Below the pieces are notes generated by a model that saw nothing but the letters and a program-made list of their open reading frames with translations, was not told where the DNA came from and searched no databases. From NCBI RefSeq assembly GCF_009914755.1, contig NC_060936.1: 64,000 nt of DNA; one strand, 5' to 3'. Below are positions 1 to 21,391 of the stretch, one piece after another. The position numbers were made by a program, and so were the translations under genes. This stretch comes from the human T2T-CHM13v2.0 reference genome, Homo sapiens. Within the stretch, counting starts at the first letter, position 1. Each line of letters opens with the position of its first letter.

Positions 1-184
1 AGCCTTGACCTCTGGGCTTGAGTGATCCTCCCGCCCCAGCCTCCCAAGTAGGTGGGACTACAGGCGGGCGCCATCACACCTGGCTAATTTTTTTTTTGAA
101 AAGGAGTTTCGCTCTTGTTGCCCAGGCTGGAGTTCAATGGCCGATCTCGGCTCACTGCAACCTCCGCCTCCCGGGTTCAAGTGA

Positions 185-718
<534 letters not shown>

Positions 719-1347
719 TGACACCAGGCTCGGCTAATTTTTGTTTTTTTAGTAGAGACAAGGATTCACCATATTGGCCAGGCTGGTCTCAAGCTCCTGA
801 CCTCAAGTGATCCGCCCGCCTCAGCCTCCAAAAGTGCTGCTATTACAGGCATGAGCCACCGCGCCGGCCCCAAGTGACTCTCATGGGCTGGAGACACAGG
901 CTATTATGAATTGCTAACCACAGTCTCTTAGTCTCCCTTTTAAATAACAAAAGAGGAAATTTCTTCACTTCCTGACACAACTCTCCATCATACAGTTGGC
1001 CAAGAGCAGTTAGAAACTTTCATCCTTAATTTGTGTCCTTTGGGAGTTGCTGCTTTCTTAGAGTCATTAAATGCATGTAGGCAGTGTCTGCTTCATTAAG
1101 CCAGATTTATACCAAATGAAAAGGCAGAGAAAGATCTAATTTAATGAATATTTCTTTTTTTTTTTTTTGAGACGGAGTTTCACTCGTCACCCAAGCTGGA
1201 GTGTAATTCGTGGTCTCCGGTCACTGCAACCTCCGCCTCCTGGGTTCAAGCGATTCTCCAGCCTCAGCCTTCCAGCCTCAGCCTCCCAAGTAGCTGGGAT
1301 TACAGGTGCCCGCCACCACACCCAGCTAATATTTGTATTTTTAGTAG

Positions 1348-1464
<117 letters not shown>

Positions 1465-1598
1465 TAATTAAGATTTCTAAGAACTAGATCAACAAATCAG
1501 TGGGACTGTAAAGGCAATTCTTGGGACACAGGTCAGGAAACTCTGTGCTTAATTCAGAAATCAAAAATCCAGCAATCTCACTTCTGGGTGTTAGAACT

Positions 1599-9226
<7,628 letters not shown>

Positions 9227-10409
9227 TAGCCAGGCATGAGCCACTCTGCTTGACTCCAAGAACCAAAAATTTAATCATTCTAGTAATAGAGGAAGTTATC
9301 TGCATTTCAATTGTGGTGAAGCAAAAGACTGAGAGGAAGGCCCGTTGCGGTAGCTCAGGCCTATAATCCCAGCACTTTGGGAGGTCGAGGCAGGAGGATC
9401 ATTTGAGGTCAGGAGTTTGAGACCAGCCTGGACAACATGGTGAAGCCTTGTCTCTATTAAAAATACAAAAATTTGCTGGGCGTGTGGTGTGGGCCTCTAA
9501 TCTCAGCTACTTGGGAGGCTGAGGCAGAATTGCTTGAACCTGGGAGGTAGACGTGGCAGTGAGCTGAGATTGTGCCACTGCATTCCAGCCTGAGCGACAG
9601 AGCAAGTCTGCATCTCAAAAAATTAAATAAATAAGAAAGACTGAGAGGTAGGAATTAATAGCAGAAGAAAAGGGGGAACTGATGTTGTGAGATTCTTGAG
9701 GTGGGAAGTAGTGAACACTACTGCAGTGATGCAAAAAGGGTCTTGAACAAGATAGTTGTTTTTAAAAAAATTGGGAATGAGTATCTAAATTTCTTCCTGA
9801 AATAATTATTGGATTGACTCAGATTGGCTGTTAGGCGCCTTTTTTCTCATGAGATTTTGTTCATCAAATAATCAACTGTTTTGAAATGAGATGAAAGGTC
9901 TTCATTCTGAGCCAATCTTCAGATTTCTATTTGTGCTCCCACAGTACAGCCTACTACTTCCTAGCTGGGGGAAACAAAAGGCCCTGCTGTTTTTAGTGGC
10001 TTTGAGAAAGTCATAAACTCCTTAGTCCTCAGCTTTCACTCACATCTACTAAAATAATGCCTTTTTTTTTCTTTTTTTTTTTGAGATGGCATCTTGTGGC
10101 CCAGGTTGGAATGTAGTGGCGCGATCATGGCTCACTGTAGCCCTGACCACCGAGGGTCAAGGGAGCAGGGTCAAGGGAGCAGGCTCAAGTGATCCTCCCA
10201 CCTCAGCCTCCTTAGTAGCTGGAACCAAAGTGCACAATATCACACCTAGCTAGTATTTTTAGTTTTTGTAGAGGCAAGGTCTCTGTATGTTGCCCAAGCT
10301 GGTTTTGAACTCGTGGGCTCAAAGGATCTTCCTGCCTGTACTCCCAAAGTGTTGGGATTTCAGGCAGAAGCCACCCTCCTTGGCCTCTGTTTTTTTTTTT
10401 TTTTTTTGA

Positions 10410-10845
<436 letters not shown>

Positions 10846-11927
10846 TGAGCCACCGCGCTGCCCTTTTTTTTGTTGTTATTTTTAGTAGAGATGGGGTTTC
10901 ACTGTGTTAGCCAGAATGGTTTGGATCTCCTGACCTTGTGACCCGCCTGCCCTGCCTGCCTCAGCCTCCCAAGTTGGTGGGATTACAGGTGTGAGCCACT
11001 GTACCCGGCCGGCCTCATTTTTTATGGAGACCAAAAGACTGAATTCTATAAAAATGTCTTAACTCCTTTAGTTCTAAAGCCCAGTTTTAGATGTTAGCCA
11101 CATTTATTCCCATTCTAACATATTCCTTCTAGGTGTATTTTCACATGTTCATTTCAGGATTCTTGCCTCTACATTTACTTGTAACTTTCCCATTTCTAAA
11201 TTGTAGCCCTTTGATTTCCTCCAAACCATTCTCTGACAACCCAAACTGAGTTTTTCTTGGAATTCCTATGTAGCTATCTGTAAACTAACTGTTATGTTTT
11301 AGTTAGCCTGGGAGAGTCCTAGTTTTCATTTATTGTCCTAATATGTAATTATGGCTGTCCTAATCAGAAGCTACTTTGTAGATTAAAATGTCTGTAGAGA
11401 ATATGCTTAAGAGCAGAAAGTTTACAATATACTCAAAATCTTCCCCTTCAGGAGGTAGCTTTTTCATGTACCTCCAACTTTCTCTTCAACCCTGTACCAA
11501 GCTCTTACATGTCGATATGTAACCAATGTAAACTCCTCAGAGGCCACAAAAGCCCCAGTGTGCATTCAGAAAGATTGGAGTTCAGTGAAGGGGCTGATTA
11601 CTAGATACAGAAGAATCGGGATCTGCTAACAGTTAACATCTGGGAAAGAAAGTGGAAATGAGAAACTATTTTTTTGAGACAGTGTCTCACTCTGTCGCCC
11701 AGGCTGGAGTGCAGTGGTGTGATCTCAGGGATTACTCAGTGATCCTATTTTTTGTAGAGGCGGGGTTTTGCCATGTTTCCCAGGCTGGTGTCAAATTCCT
11801 GGGCTAAAGAGATCCACCTGCCTTGGCCTCCCAAAGTGTTGGGATTACAGGTGTGAGCCGTCGCGCCTGGTCAGAAATGAGAAACTTTATAGTCAAGTTG
11901 TATTTCCTTAAGTTAAGAAGGTCCTAA

Positions 11928-12159
<232 letters not shown>

Positions 12160-12454
12160 TAGCCAGGATGGTCTCAATCTCCTGACCTCGTGATCTGCCC
12201 CCTCCTTGGCCTCCCAAAGTGCCAGGATTACAGGCGTGAGCCACCACGCCTGGCCAGTAACTTCTTAAAAGAGGTATAAAGTCTGAGATTCTAAGTGGGA
12301 AATCTGTGGCACTAAACCTTATCAAATGAGGGAGGCCTTAGGAGTAATTAATAAATTACTAGAACCTTTTTAAGTTTTTTTTTTTTTTTGGTGTGGGGGG
12401 GTGGCGGGGAAGAGACCAGTCACCGACTGAATTCATCCAACAAGAAGCCATAAC

Positions 12455-12460
12455 TTTATT
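12455..12460 (-). terminator. NACA: NACA polyadenylation signal AATAAA
   Basis: TTTATT on plus, about 80 nt after the TAA stop. Confidence 0.85.
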
Positions 12461-12538
12461 TATGATAGAAACAGTACAAATTTCAAACCAAGCTGCAGTT
12501 ACTCCTTTGAGACACCAAAAAAAGTTGCTTCCATATGG

Positions 12539-12553
12539 TTACATTGTTAATTC
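12539..12553 (-). CDS. NACA: NACA last coding exon (ELTM*)
   Basis: ttacag|GAA TTA ACA ATG TAA; common coding exons sum to 648 nt = 215 aa + stop. Confidence 0.95.
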   Translation of the reverse strand, partial: ELTM

Positions 12554-12762
12554 CTGTAACAGAGAAAAGATAATTAGCGGTTCTTATAGGCAAATCAGGA
12601 GAATTCAGGTCACTAAAACTCTTACAGGCAAATCAGGAGAATTTAGGCCACTAAAACCTATACGGCAACTCAGAAGAGGCTCTGGAATGAGGTTCCTTAA
12701 TTGGCTGATATTTAGCAAGACAAAATAAAGTCACTCATAATTGGTCAGGGCAGAGGGAGTCA

Positions 12763-12990
<228 letters not shown>

Positions 12991-13056
12991 TTAATATAGC
13001 TCACCAACACGAACACAATGCTATACGGCGAGAGTTAAATTATGAAAGATTTCCTA

Positions 13057-13191
<135 letters not shown>

Positions 13192-13351
13192 CTACAGGGT
13201 AGAAAATACAGATCCATGTGAGTAGATTAGCAGTCTTTGAAAAATAAATCATATAGTTTCACAACTCTCTGTAAACCCATTCAGGTAACTTATTGTACAG
13301 CTTTAAACTGCTTGCCCTCACAGTAGAAAGAGTAGTTGTTTAGGTTTAGAG

Positions 13352-13684
<333 letters not shown>

Positions 13685-13753
13685 CTAAAGAAGAGAAAAT
13701 AGTATCAGGTTTTCAACCTCTTTAGAAGCAGCCTAAAGAAGCAAGGAACATAA

Positions 13754-14026
<273 letters not shown>

Positions 14027-14179
14027 TAGTAGAGATGGGGTTTCGCCATGTTGGCCAGGCTGGTCTTGAACTCCTGACCTCAAGTGATCCATCTGCCTTG
14101 GCCTTCCAGTGTGCTGGGATAACAGGTGTGAGCCACCAACCTAGCTACTTCTGTTACTTTCAACGGGATTCTACCACTA

Positions 14180-14303
14180 CTAAGAATTGGGTTCAGTGTA
14201 TACTGCTTGGGTGACAGGTGCACCAAAATCTCAAAAATCACCACTAGAGAACTTACTTGTATAACCAAAATACCACCTGTTCCCCAAAAACCTATGGAAA
14301 TAA
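14180..14303 (+). mobile_element. Short L1 3'-end fragment (L1PB-like)
   Basis: GTGTATACTGCTTGGGTGACAGGTGCACCAAAATCTC...CCCCAAAAACCTATGGAAATAAA. Confidence 0.65.
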
Positions 14304-14332
14304 ACAGTTCCACTCTGTATAAAGGTGCTTCA

Positions 14333-14440
<108 letters not shown>

Positions 14441-14557
14441 CTAAGAAGATAAAACAGCTATTAGTTAACCAGAATCTAAGATCTGGATAGCACAATCTCC
14501 TTGTGGGTTTTCCTTTATGAAGGTTCACAGTTCCAAATACAAAAGTTGCCCTGATCA

Positions 14558-14707
<150 letters not shown>

Positions 14708-15871
14708 TTACTGCTTTATAGTAGAAATTATAAGAGAAGGTACTTCACCACAGCCTGCCCTGGACTAGAGGTGAATGCCTCATGCTAGACCTAAGAATGT
14801 TAAATGTAAACCAACTGGCTTGTGTGAAGTCAGCTTGATAGCCCCTAACTTAGTCACTAACTAGCGGGTACACATCTAGTAAAGACCCAGCCCTAACCCC
14901 AGAAATGAGGACTAATCACTAGAAATAGCTGAGCAGTTTAATATACTGTAACTGCTTTCTTTCCCTCAAGGTCTTTGTTTCTTGGCACAGGCAAATAATG
15001 ACCCATATGACTCTAAAATTTTACCCAATAGTCCAATTATCCCTGTAAAGTTCTGTCAGAAGGTGCCCCCAGATACACTTAAGTGAAAAAACCAAAATCA
15101 CACCGTGGAGGCACAACAGGTTGGGTGGTTTTCCCCTCAACTTTTAAACTGGGTTGGAGGAAGTCAAAAGCAGACACGTACACATATTCAGCCTCATTTT
15201 CAAACCATTCACCCCAGCAATGTGATCTAATCAATATAATTAGAAGATTCTCAATGATGATGACCTATATCTCTAGTTTTTCCAAACATAATTCACATAA
15301 ATTTCTTTCAATTCAAAGGCCAAGCATCAGTAAAGACTACTGAGGAAAAAAAGCATACACCTGCACCATTTTCAGGCTAGGAAAAACAGATTTCTACATT
15401 TTTATGAAAAGGGAGTCCCTGGGCAACTGGTCATTACTAAGTCTAATAATGGAAAAATAAATACAAATAGTTCAATTCTCCAATAATTTTACCAAATCTC
15501 AGGCCCAGGGACAAGGTTAGTTAGTGATGTGGTAGGGATTAGAGCAAATGAAAAGGTCTGGCAGGTCTTGGTTTTCAATGTCAGATCAATTAGGTAAAAT
15601 AGATGGCATGGCAGGCTCAGGGTAGTCCGGGCCACATTACACAAAAATGATACACAATGTACTATGTATCTATCTGAAGTAATGAAAACCAAGATTTGGT
15701 TTCATATTCCTAGAACTTTTGCATTTAAAATTATCATTCTATGTTCTACATCCAAACCCAAGCAGATTCACTGGAGAAAGCGGCGCATCACAGGGTTAGT
15801 ATTGGTGGGTAGCGCCCAAGAGGGGTGTGGACGACAGACACACCATGCACACGGCAAACCAAGGCAAATAC

Positions 15872-18800
15872 CCTTGTTGTTCTTCGTAACAGGTTGCTTG
15901 GCAGAGGGGGTTGGGACAGGGATTCCAGCAGATTTAGGGGTGGGCATGTTGACGAGGACCGACTGGAAAGGCACTCCCCCAGAGATTGGTTCCGGGGGAA
16001 TCAGAGGCGGCAGCTCATCCTCATCAGCAGGGGCAAGGGGTTTAGAGGGTGATTCCAACACCAGCCCAGGAGAGGACGGCAGAAATTGCTGTTTAGGAGG
16101 CAGAGTGGGAACTGGGGAGGGAGCAAGAGGCAGAGAGACTGGTGGGGAGGGTGCTGCAGAGACAGATGCTGATTCAGGTTTAGGAAGGACCTTCTCAAAG
16201 GCAGCTGCTGTTAGAGGGGTGGACGCCTTAGACTCAGGAGGAGCCAAGGGGCCCTTTGGGGAATGAGAAGCATCTTTGCCTTTTGCTGTCTTTGAAGAGT
16301 CTTTCTGAACAGGGAGTAGAGGGGCTGGAGCCACTGTGGAAAGGGGTCCTTTAGAACCATTCTTAGCTGAGGGATCTGGGCATATAGGAGGTGAAGTAGC
16401 AGAACTCTTTTTGGTCTGTGGACCTTTCCGAGTGGGAGCTGTGATGATTGGCGTGCTTTCTGGAGCTGGGGCAACAAGTACTTCTTTCAGAGCTGTGGGG
16501 CCTTTCTTTGCTGGAAGCCCTTTAGATGCTTGAGGAACAGTGGCCCCCATTTTACATGTGACAGAAGCTGGGGAAGTAGGGGAGTCTTTGAGGGAGGAAG
16601 GAGTCACAGGTGGGGAAGTGGGAGTCCCTTTGGGGGCTGGAGTTGCTGGGCCCTTTTCGGGGGATGGAGGAGTCACAGCTGGAGGAGTAGGTGCCTCTTT
16701 GGGGGAAGGAGAAGTCACAGCTGGTGGAATGAGGAGCTCTTTGGGGGATGGGGCCCCTTTGTAAGTGGAAGGAGTCACTGCTGGGGGACTGGAGGCCTCT
16801 TTGGAGGATGGGGTAGCTGGGGCTTCTTTGGGGGTTGGAATTGCTGGGGTCTTTTTAGGGGAGGGAACAGTCATAGCTGGGGGAATGAGGGCCTCTTTGG
16901 GGGCTAGAGTTGCTGGGGTCTTTTTAGAGAGAAGAGTCGCTGTTGGGGCAATGGGGTCCCTTCTGGAGGATGGGGTAGCTGGGACCTCTTTGGGGGAAGA
17001 AGGAATCACAGCTGGCAGAGTGGGGGCCCCCATGGGGGCTGGAGTTGCTGGGGCCTTTTTGGGAGAGGAAGAAGTGGCAACTTGTTTGGGGGCTGGGGGC
17101 TCCTTGGGGGAAGGAGGAGTCACTGCTGGGAGGGTGGGATCCCCTTTGGAGGATGGGGTAGCTGGGCCTCCTTTGGGGGCTGAAGTTGCTGGGGCCTTTT
17201 TGAGGGAGACAGGAGTCACTGCTGGGGGAGTGAGATCTCCTTTGGATGGGGTGGCTGCGCCTTCTCTGGTGACTGGAGTTGCTGGAGCCTTTTTGGGGGA
17301 GAGAGGAATCACTGCTGGGGAAGTGGGGTCCCCTTTGGGAGATGGGATAGCTGGTCCTCTTTTGGGGGAGGGAGGAGTCATAGCGGGACCTCCTTTGTGG
17401 GAGGGGGTTGCAGCTGGGGGAGTGGGGCCCTCTTTGGAGGATGGAGTAGTTGGGCCTCCTTTAGAGGAGGGAGTTGTAGCTGGGAGAGTAGGGGTCCCTT
17501 TAGGGGAGGGAGGAGTTACAGCTGGGGGAGTGGGGGCCCCTTTGGGGGGTGGGGTACCTGGGCTTCCTTTTGGGGAGGGAGGAGTTGCAGCTGGAGGAGT
17601 GGGGGCCCCTTTGGGGGGTGAGGTAGCTGGGCCTCCTTTTGGAGAGGGAGGAGTTACAACTGCGGGATTGGGGGCCCCTTTGTGGGGTGGGGTAGCTAGA
17701 CCTCCTTTTAGGGAGGGAGGAGTTGCAGCTGGGGGAGTGGGGGCCCCTTTGGGGGGTGGGGTAGCTGGGCCTCCTTTTGGGGAGGGAGGAGTTGCAGCTG
17801 GGGTTGTGGGGGCCCCTTTGGGGGATGGGGTAGCCAGACCTCCTTTTGGGGAGGGAGGAGTTGCAGCTGGGGTTGTGGGGGCCCCTTTGGGGGATGGGGT
17901 AGCTAGACCTCCTTTTGGGGAAGGAGGAGTTGCAGCTGGGGTTGTGGGGGCCCCTTTTGGGGGTGGGGTAGCTAGACCTCCTTTTGGGGAAGGAGGAGTT
18001 GCAGCTGGGGTTGTGGGGGCCCCTTTTGGGGGTGGGGTAGCTAGACCTCCTTCTGGGGAGGGAGGAGTTGCAGCTGGGGTTGTGGGTGCCCCTTTGTGGG
18101 GTGGGGTAGCTAGACCTCCTTTTGGGGAGGGAGGAGTTGCAGCTGGGGGCATGGGGGCCCCTTTGGGGGATGGGGTAGCTGGGCCTCCTTTTGGGGAGGG
18201 AGGAGTCGCAGCTGGGGGAGTGGGGGCCCCCTTGAGGGATGGGGTAGCTGGACCTCCTTTTGGGGAGGGAAGAGTTGCAGCTGGGGTTGTGGGGGCCCCT
18301 TTGGGGAGTGGGGTAGCTGCTGGACTTCCTTTGGGGGAGGGAGGAGTTGCAGCTGGGGGTGTGGATGCCCCTTTGGGGAATGGGGTAGCTGCTGGACTTC
18401 CTTTGGGGGAGGGAGGAGTCACAGCTGGGGGTGTGGGGGCCCCTTTGGGGGATGGAGTAGCTGGACCTCCTTTGGGGGAGGGAGGAGTTGCAGCTGGGGG
18501 TGTGGGGGCCCCTTTGGGGGATGGAGTAGCTGGACCTCCTTTTGGGGAGGGAGGAGTTGCAGCTGGGGGTGTGGGGGCCCATTTCGGGGATGGGGTAGCT
18601 GGGCCTCCTTTAGGGGAGGGAGGAGTTGCAGCTGGGGGTGTGGGGGCCCCTTTGGGGGATGGGGAAGCTGGGATTCCTTTAGGGGCTGGAGTTGCTCGGG
18701 CCTTTTTGGGGGAGGAAGAAGTCATGGATAGAGCAGGAGCCTGTTTGGGTGCTGGAGTAGCTGGACCCTCTTTGGGGAAGGGCAGATTCACCACTGAAGG

Positions 18801-21391
18801 AGTGGGGGTCTCTTTGGGGGGTAGTGTTACTCCTTTGGGAGACAGAGGAGTCACAGCTGAGGGAGTAGGGGCCCCTTTGGGGGATGGAGGAGTGGGAGAA
18901 TGCGTCGTGGCTGGTGAGTCTTTAGAGCCTTGGAAAGAAAGACTATTCTCTGGAAGAAATGAAGCTTCAACTGGAGAAACAGGGGATGAGAGATTTCCAA
19001 TAGGAGTATCAGGGCCAGCAGAACCCTTCTTGGTTGGAGGTCTTTTAGTCTGAGGAGACACACTAACCCCTAAAGGAGATGGGGAATCAGCTAGGTAAGT
19101 CAGAGTTCCTTTGGAAGATGCAGTAGCAGAAGCACCAGAGTCCTCAGTTGGGCACTCTTTGGGAGAGGAAGCAACAGGTGCCAATGCTGAAGTATGAGAA
19201 ATACCATCAACCTTTTTTGTACCTGGAGGAGTCCCAGCTGGGGGAAGAGAGGGTGAGGGCACAGACTTTGGGATTTCAGGGGCCAGCACTAAGGTAGCCA
19301 GAGGAGCACAGGTATTCTGGGGGGATGGAGCCACAGGGCAATTTTCTGAAGCTGTAGGAACCAAGGGTAAAGTAGTAAGAGTACCTTCCTTAACTGGGTG
19401 GTTTTTAGGAGCTAAAGAGACAGTTCCTTCTAGAAAAGGGCTGGCTGTAGTTGTATAAGTTGAGGTACCTTTGGCAGTTGTGGGAGCCACCCCGGCAGGG
19501 TCAGCACTTTCCAAAGGAAATGCAGCCACTGTTGGGGTAATGAGAGAACTTTTGAGAAGCGGACCAGCAGAGTCTGGGCCTGCATAAGAATCTGTCTTGA
19601 TTACAGAGGCCGAGGAGTTAACACCCAGAGGGGAGGTCATACTGCTGGCTGGCTTACCTATAGGGAGAGGCTCCCCAAGGCTTTTCTTTGCTAGGGTGGC
19701 TTCAGGAGAAAGAGGTATCTCTGGAGAAGAGGATGTACTTTGGAAAGAAGGGGAATTTTTAGGGGCTGCCTGGACTAACGGTAATACAGTAGGGTCTTTC
19801 TTGGTGGTGAGTCCTGCTTGGGCTGGAGAGAAAGGGGCTCCTTCAAGAGAGGCAGGTACAGTTTGGAGGTCTTTTTGTGTTGGAAATTTAACCAATACTG
19901 AACTGGGGAGATTTTTGAGGTCTTCAGGGTCTGGCAGAGGAGGAGAGACTGGTATCCTCAGAGTGGTTGCTACTTGAGTAGAAGGCTCTTTGGGAGCCAC
20001 AGGTGCCATAACCAAGGCAGCAGGGGAAGTTGGTTCTATGTTACTTATGGGACCTGATGACATTGGAGGAGAAACACAAGTAGCTACCTCAAAGGTAGTA
20101 GTAGGTGCTGCAGCAATTGTACAGGGGTTAGTCACCACAAGTGGGGTGGTTCCAACAGAAGAAACGGGCATTTGGGCCACTAAAGGATAATGATAAGTGG
20201 CATTAGGAGAGCTTTTGAGAATGAGAGAGGTTGTAGGAGATAATGAAGAAGAGGTAGCTACATTTAAGGAGCCAGAAGGGCTGCAGGTTATGCTAGAGAT
20301 GGTAGAGGGACCTTTGTCAACAGATGGAGCCACCACTGGAAAGGCAGCCACAGTAGCAGGAACTACCTCATTTCTGGAAGGAAGGGGAGGAATTACAGAT
20401 CTCTGAGAAGGATAAGAGGCCCCTGTGGAAGAATGATCTACAGAAATGGTCTTCACTGTAGGGTCTGACAAAGCACTAGGACCTGTTTGACCTAAAAGTT
20501 GGACAGAACCAAAAGAACTCTGATGTAAAGGTGCAAGATGAGAGCCCAGAGAAATGGGAAAATCTGGGGGGGTGTTGGGACCCGCAGTCTTTTGAGAAGA
20601 GGTCACCACAGGAAGAGACTGAGTTGAAAGAGATAAGGCAGCAGGTGGACTAACAGGCCCCTTCAGGCTGAGGCTTCCTGGGTTTTGTGGAGAAATCAGA
20701 ACTGAGGAAATGGTGGTATCTTTGACTTGAGGGGAAGCGATGGCTAGGGTAGTTGTGGGTGTTGTCTGAGGAAGGGAGGCCACTCCAGATTGAATAGAGG
20801 CCATGGGAGTCACACAGTGGTAAGGAACAGTACTGACTATACATGGAGGGCTGGGGGTGCCTTTTGGATTAGGGACTACCTCAGAGGGAACTTTATTAAG
20901 ATTAGTCTTTGGTTCTGAGGGAGCAATGGGAGCTGACAGAGTTATCACTGACCCTGACTCAGCTACAGCCACTGAAGGAGGTGAAGTAAGAAGGTTAGGT
21001 GGAAAAGCAGAACTCTTCTGAACTGAGTGGGGAGCCAGGGCAACCAGAGCTAAGGGAGCTGAAGAGGAAGGGGTCCCTTTCAGAGTTGGAGCTATCATGG
21101 GAGAGGCTAGAGCTAAGGCAGCTGGGGAGATGGGAGGCCCTATTAGGTTTGGTAGGAAGGTTGGGGCTTCAGGGGCAGTTCCCAAAGGTAGGGCTGTTCC
21201 AGAGGATGACTGGGGAAAAGGAACTTCTAAAGGGGTCGAGGCAATAGTAGAGGGGGAAGGGAATGGGGAAGCCTGGTTAGCAGCTGAGAGAGGGCACTGT
21301 TGTGGGGCAGGAGAGCAAGGAGGGGGGAGGGTAGGTCCAGGCTGCCCTAAGGCAGCAGTGACACTCAAGGCTGAAGACATAGGTAGCACAG
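15872..21391 (-). CDS. NACA: NACA exon 3: muscle-specific skNAC cassette exon, 5520 nt (1840 aa, Pro/Ser/Thr/Ala-rich, with the SMYD1-binding PPLIP motif near its 3' end)
   Basis: Lies within ORF 15768..21461; long polypyrimidine tract and ctccag| at 21392, AAGG|gtattt at 15871; symmetric phase 1-1 and length divisible by 3. Confidence 0.95.
17505..18656 (-). repeat. NACA: Coding minisatellite, 69-bp (23-aa) unit PKGAPTxPAATPPSPKGGxATPx; 16 full units (two of 72 bp) plus one partial, with degenerate copies over about 16600-18900
   Basis: Units parsed from the translation; 14x69 + 2x72 = 1110 nt matches unit starts at 18656 and 17546. Confidence 0.93.

Noticed and set aside
10155-10189. 14-bp duplication GGGTCAAGGGAGCA inside an old Alu
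   Set aside because: Small slippage event in a repeat with no sign of function.
17505-18656. CRISPR-like array
   Set aside because: Head-to-tail coding minisatellite with no unique spacers, in a human gene.
16765-19053. 762-aa Gly/Val/Ala/Pro elastin-like ORF on the plus strand
   Set aside because: It is the codon-aligned antisense of the proline-rich skNAC repeat, begins at GTG, and has no promoter or splice support; lack of stops is expected from the repeat composition.
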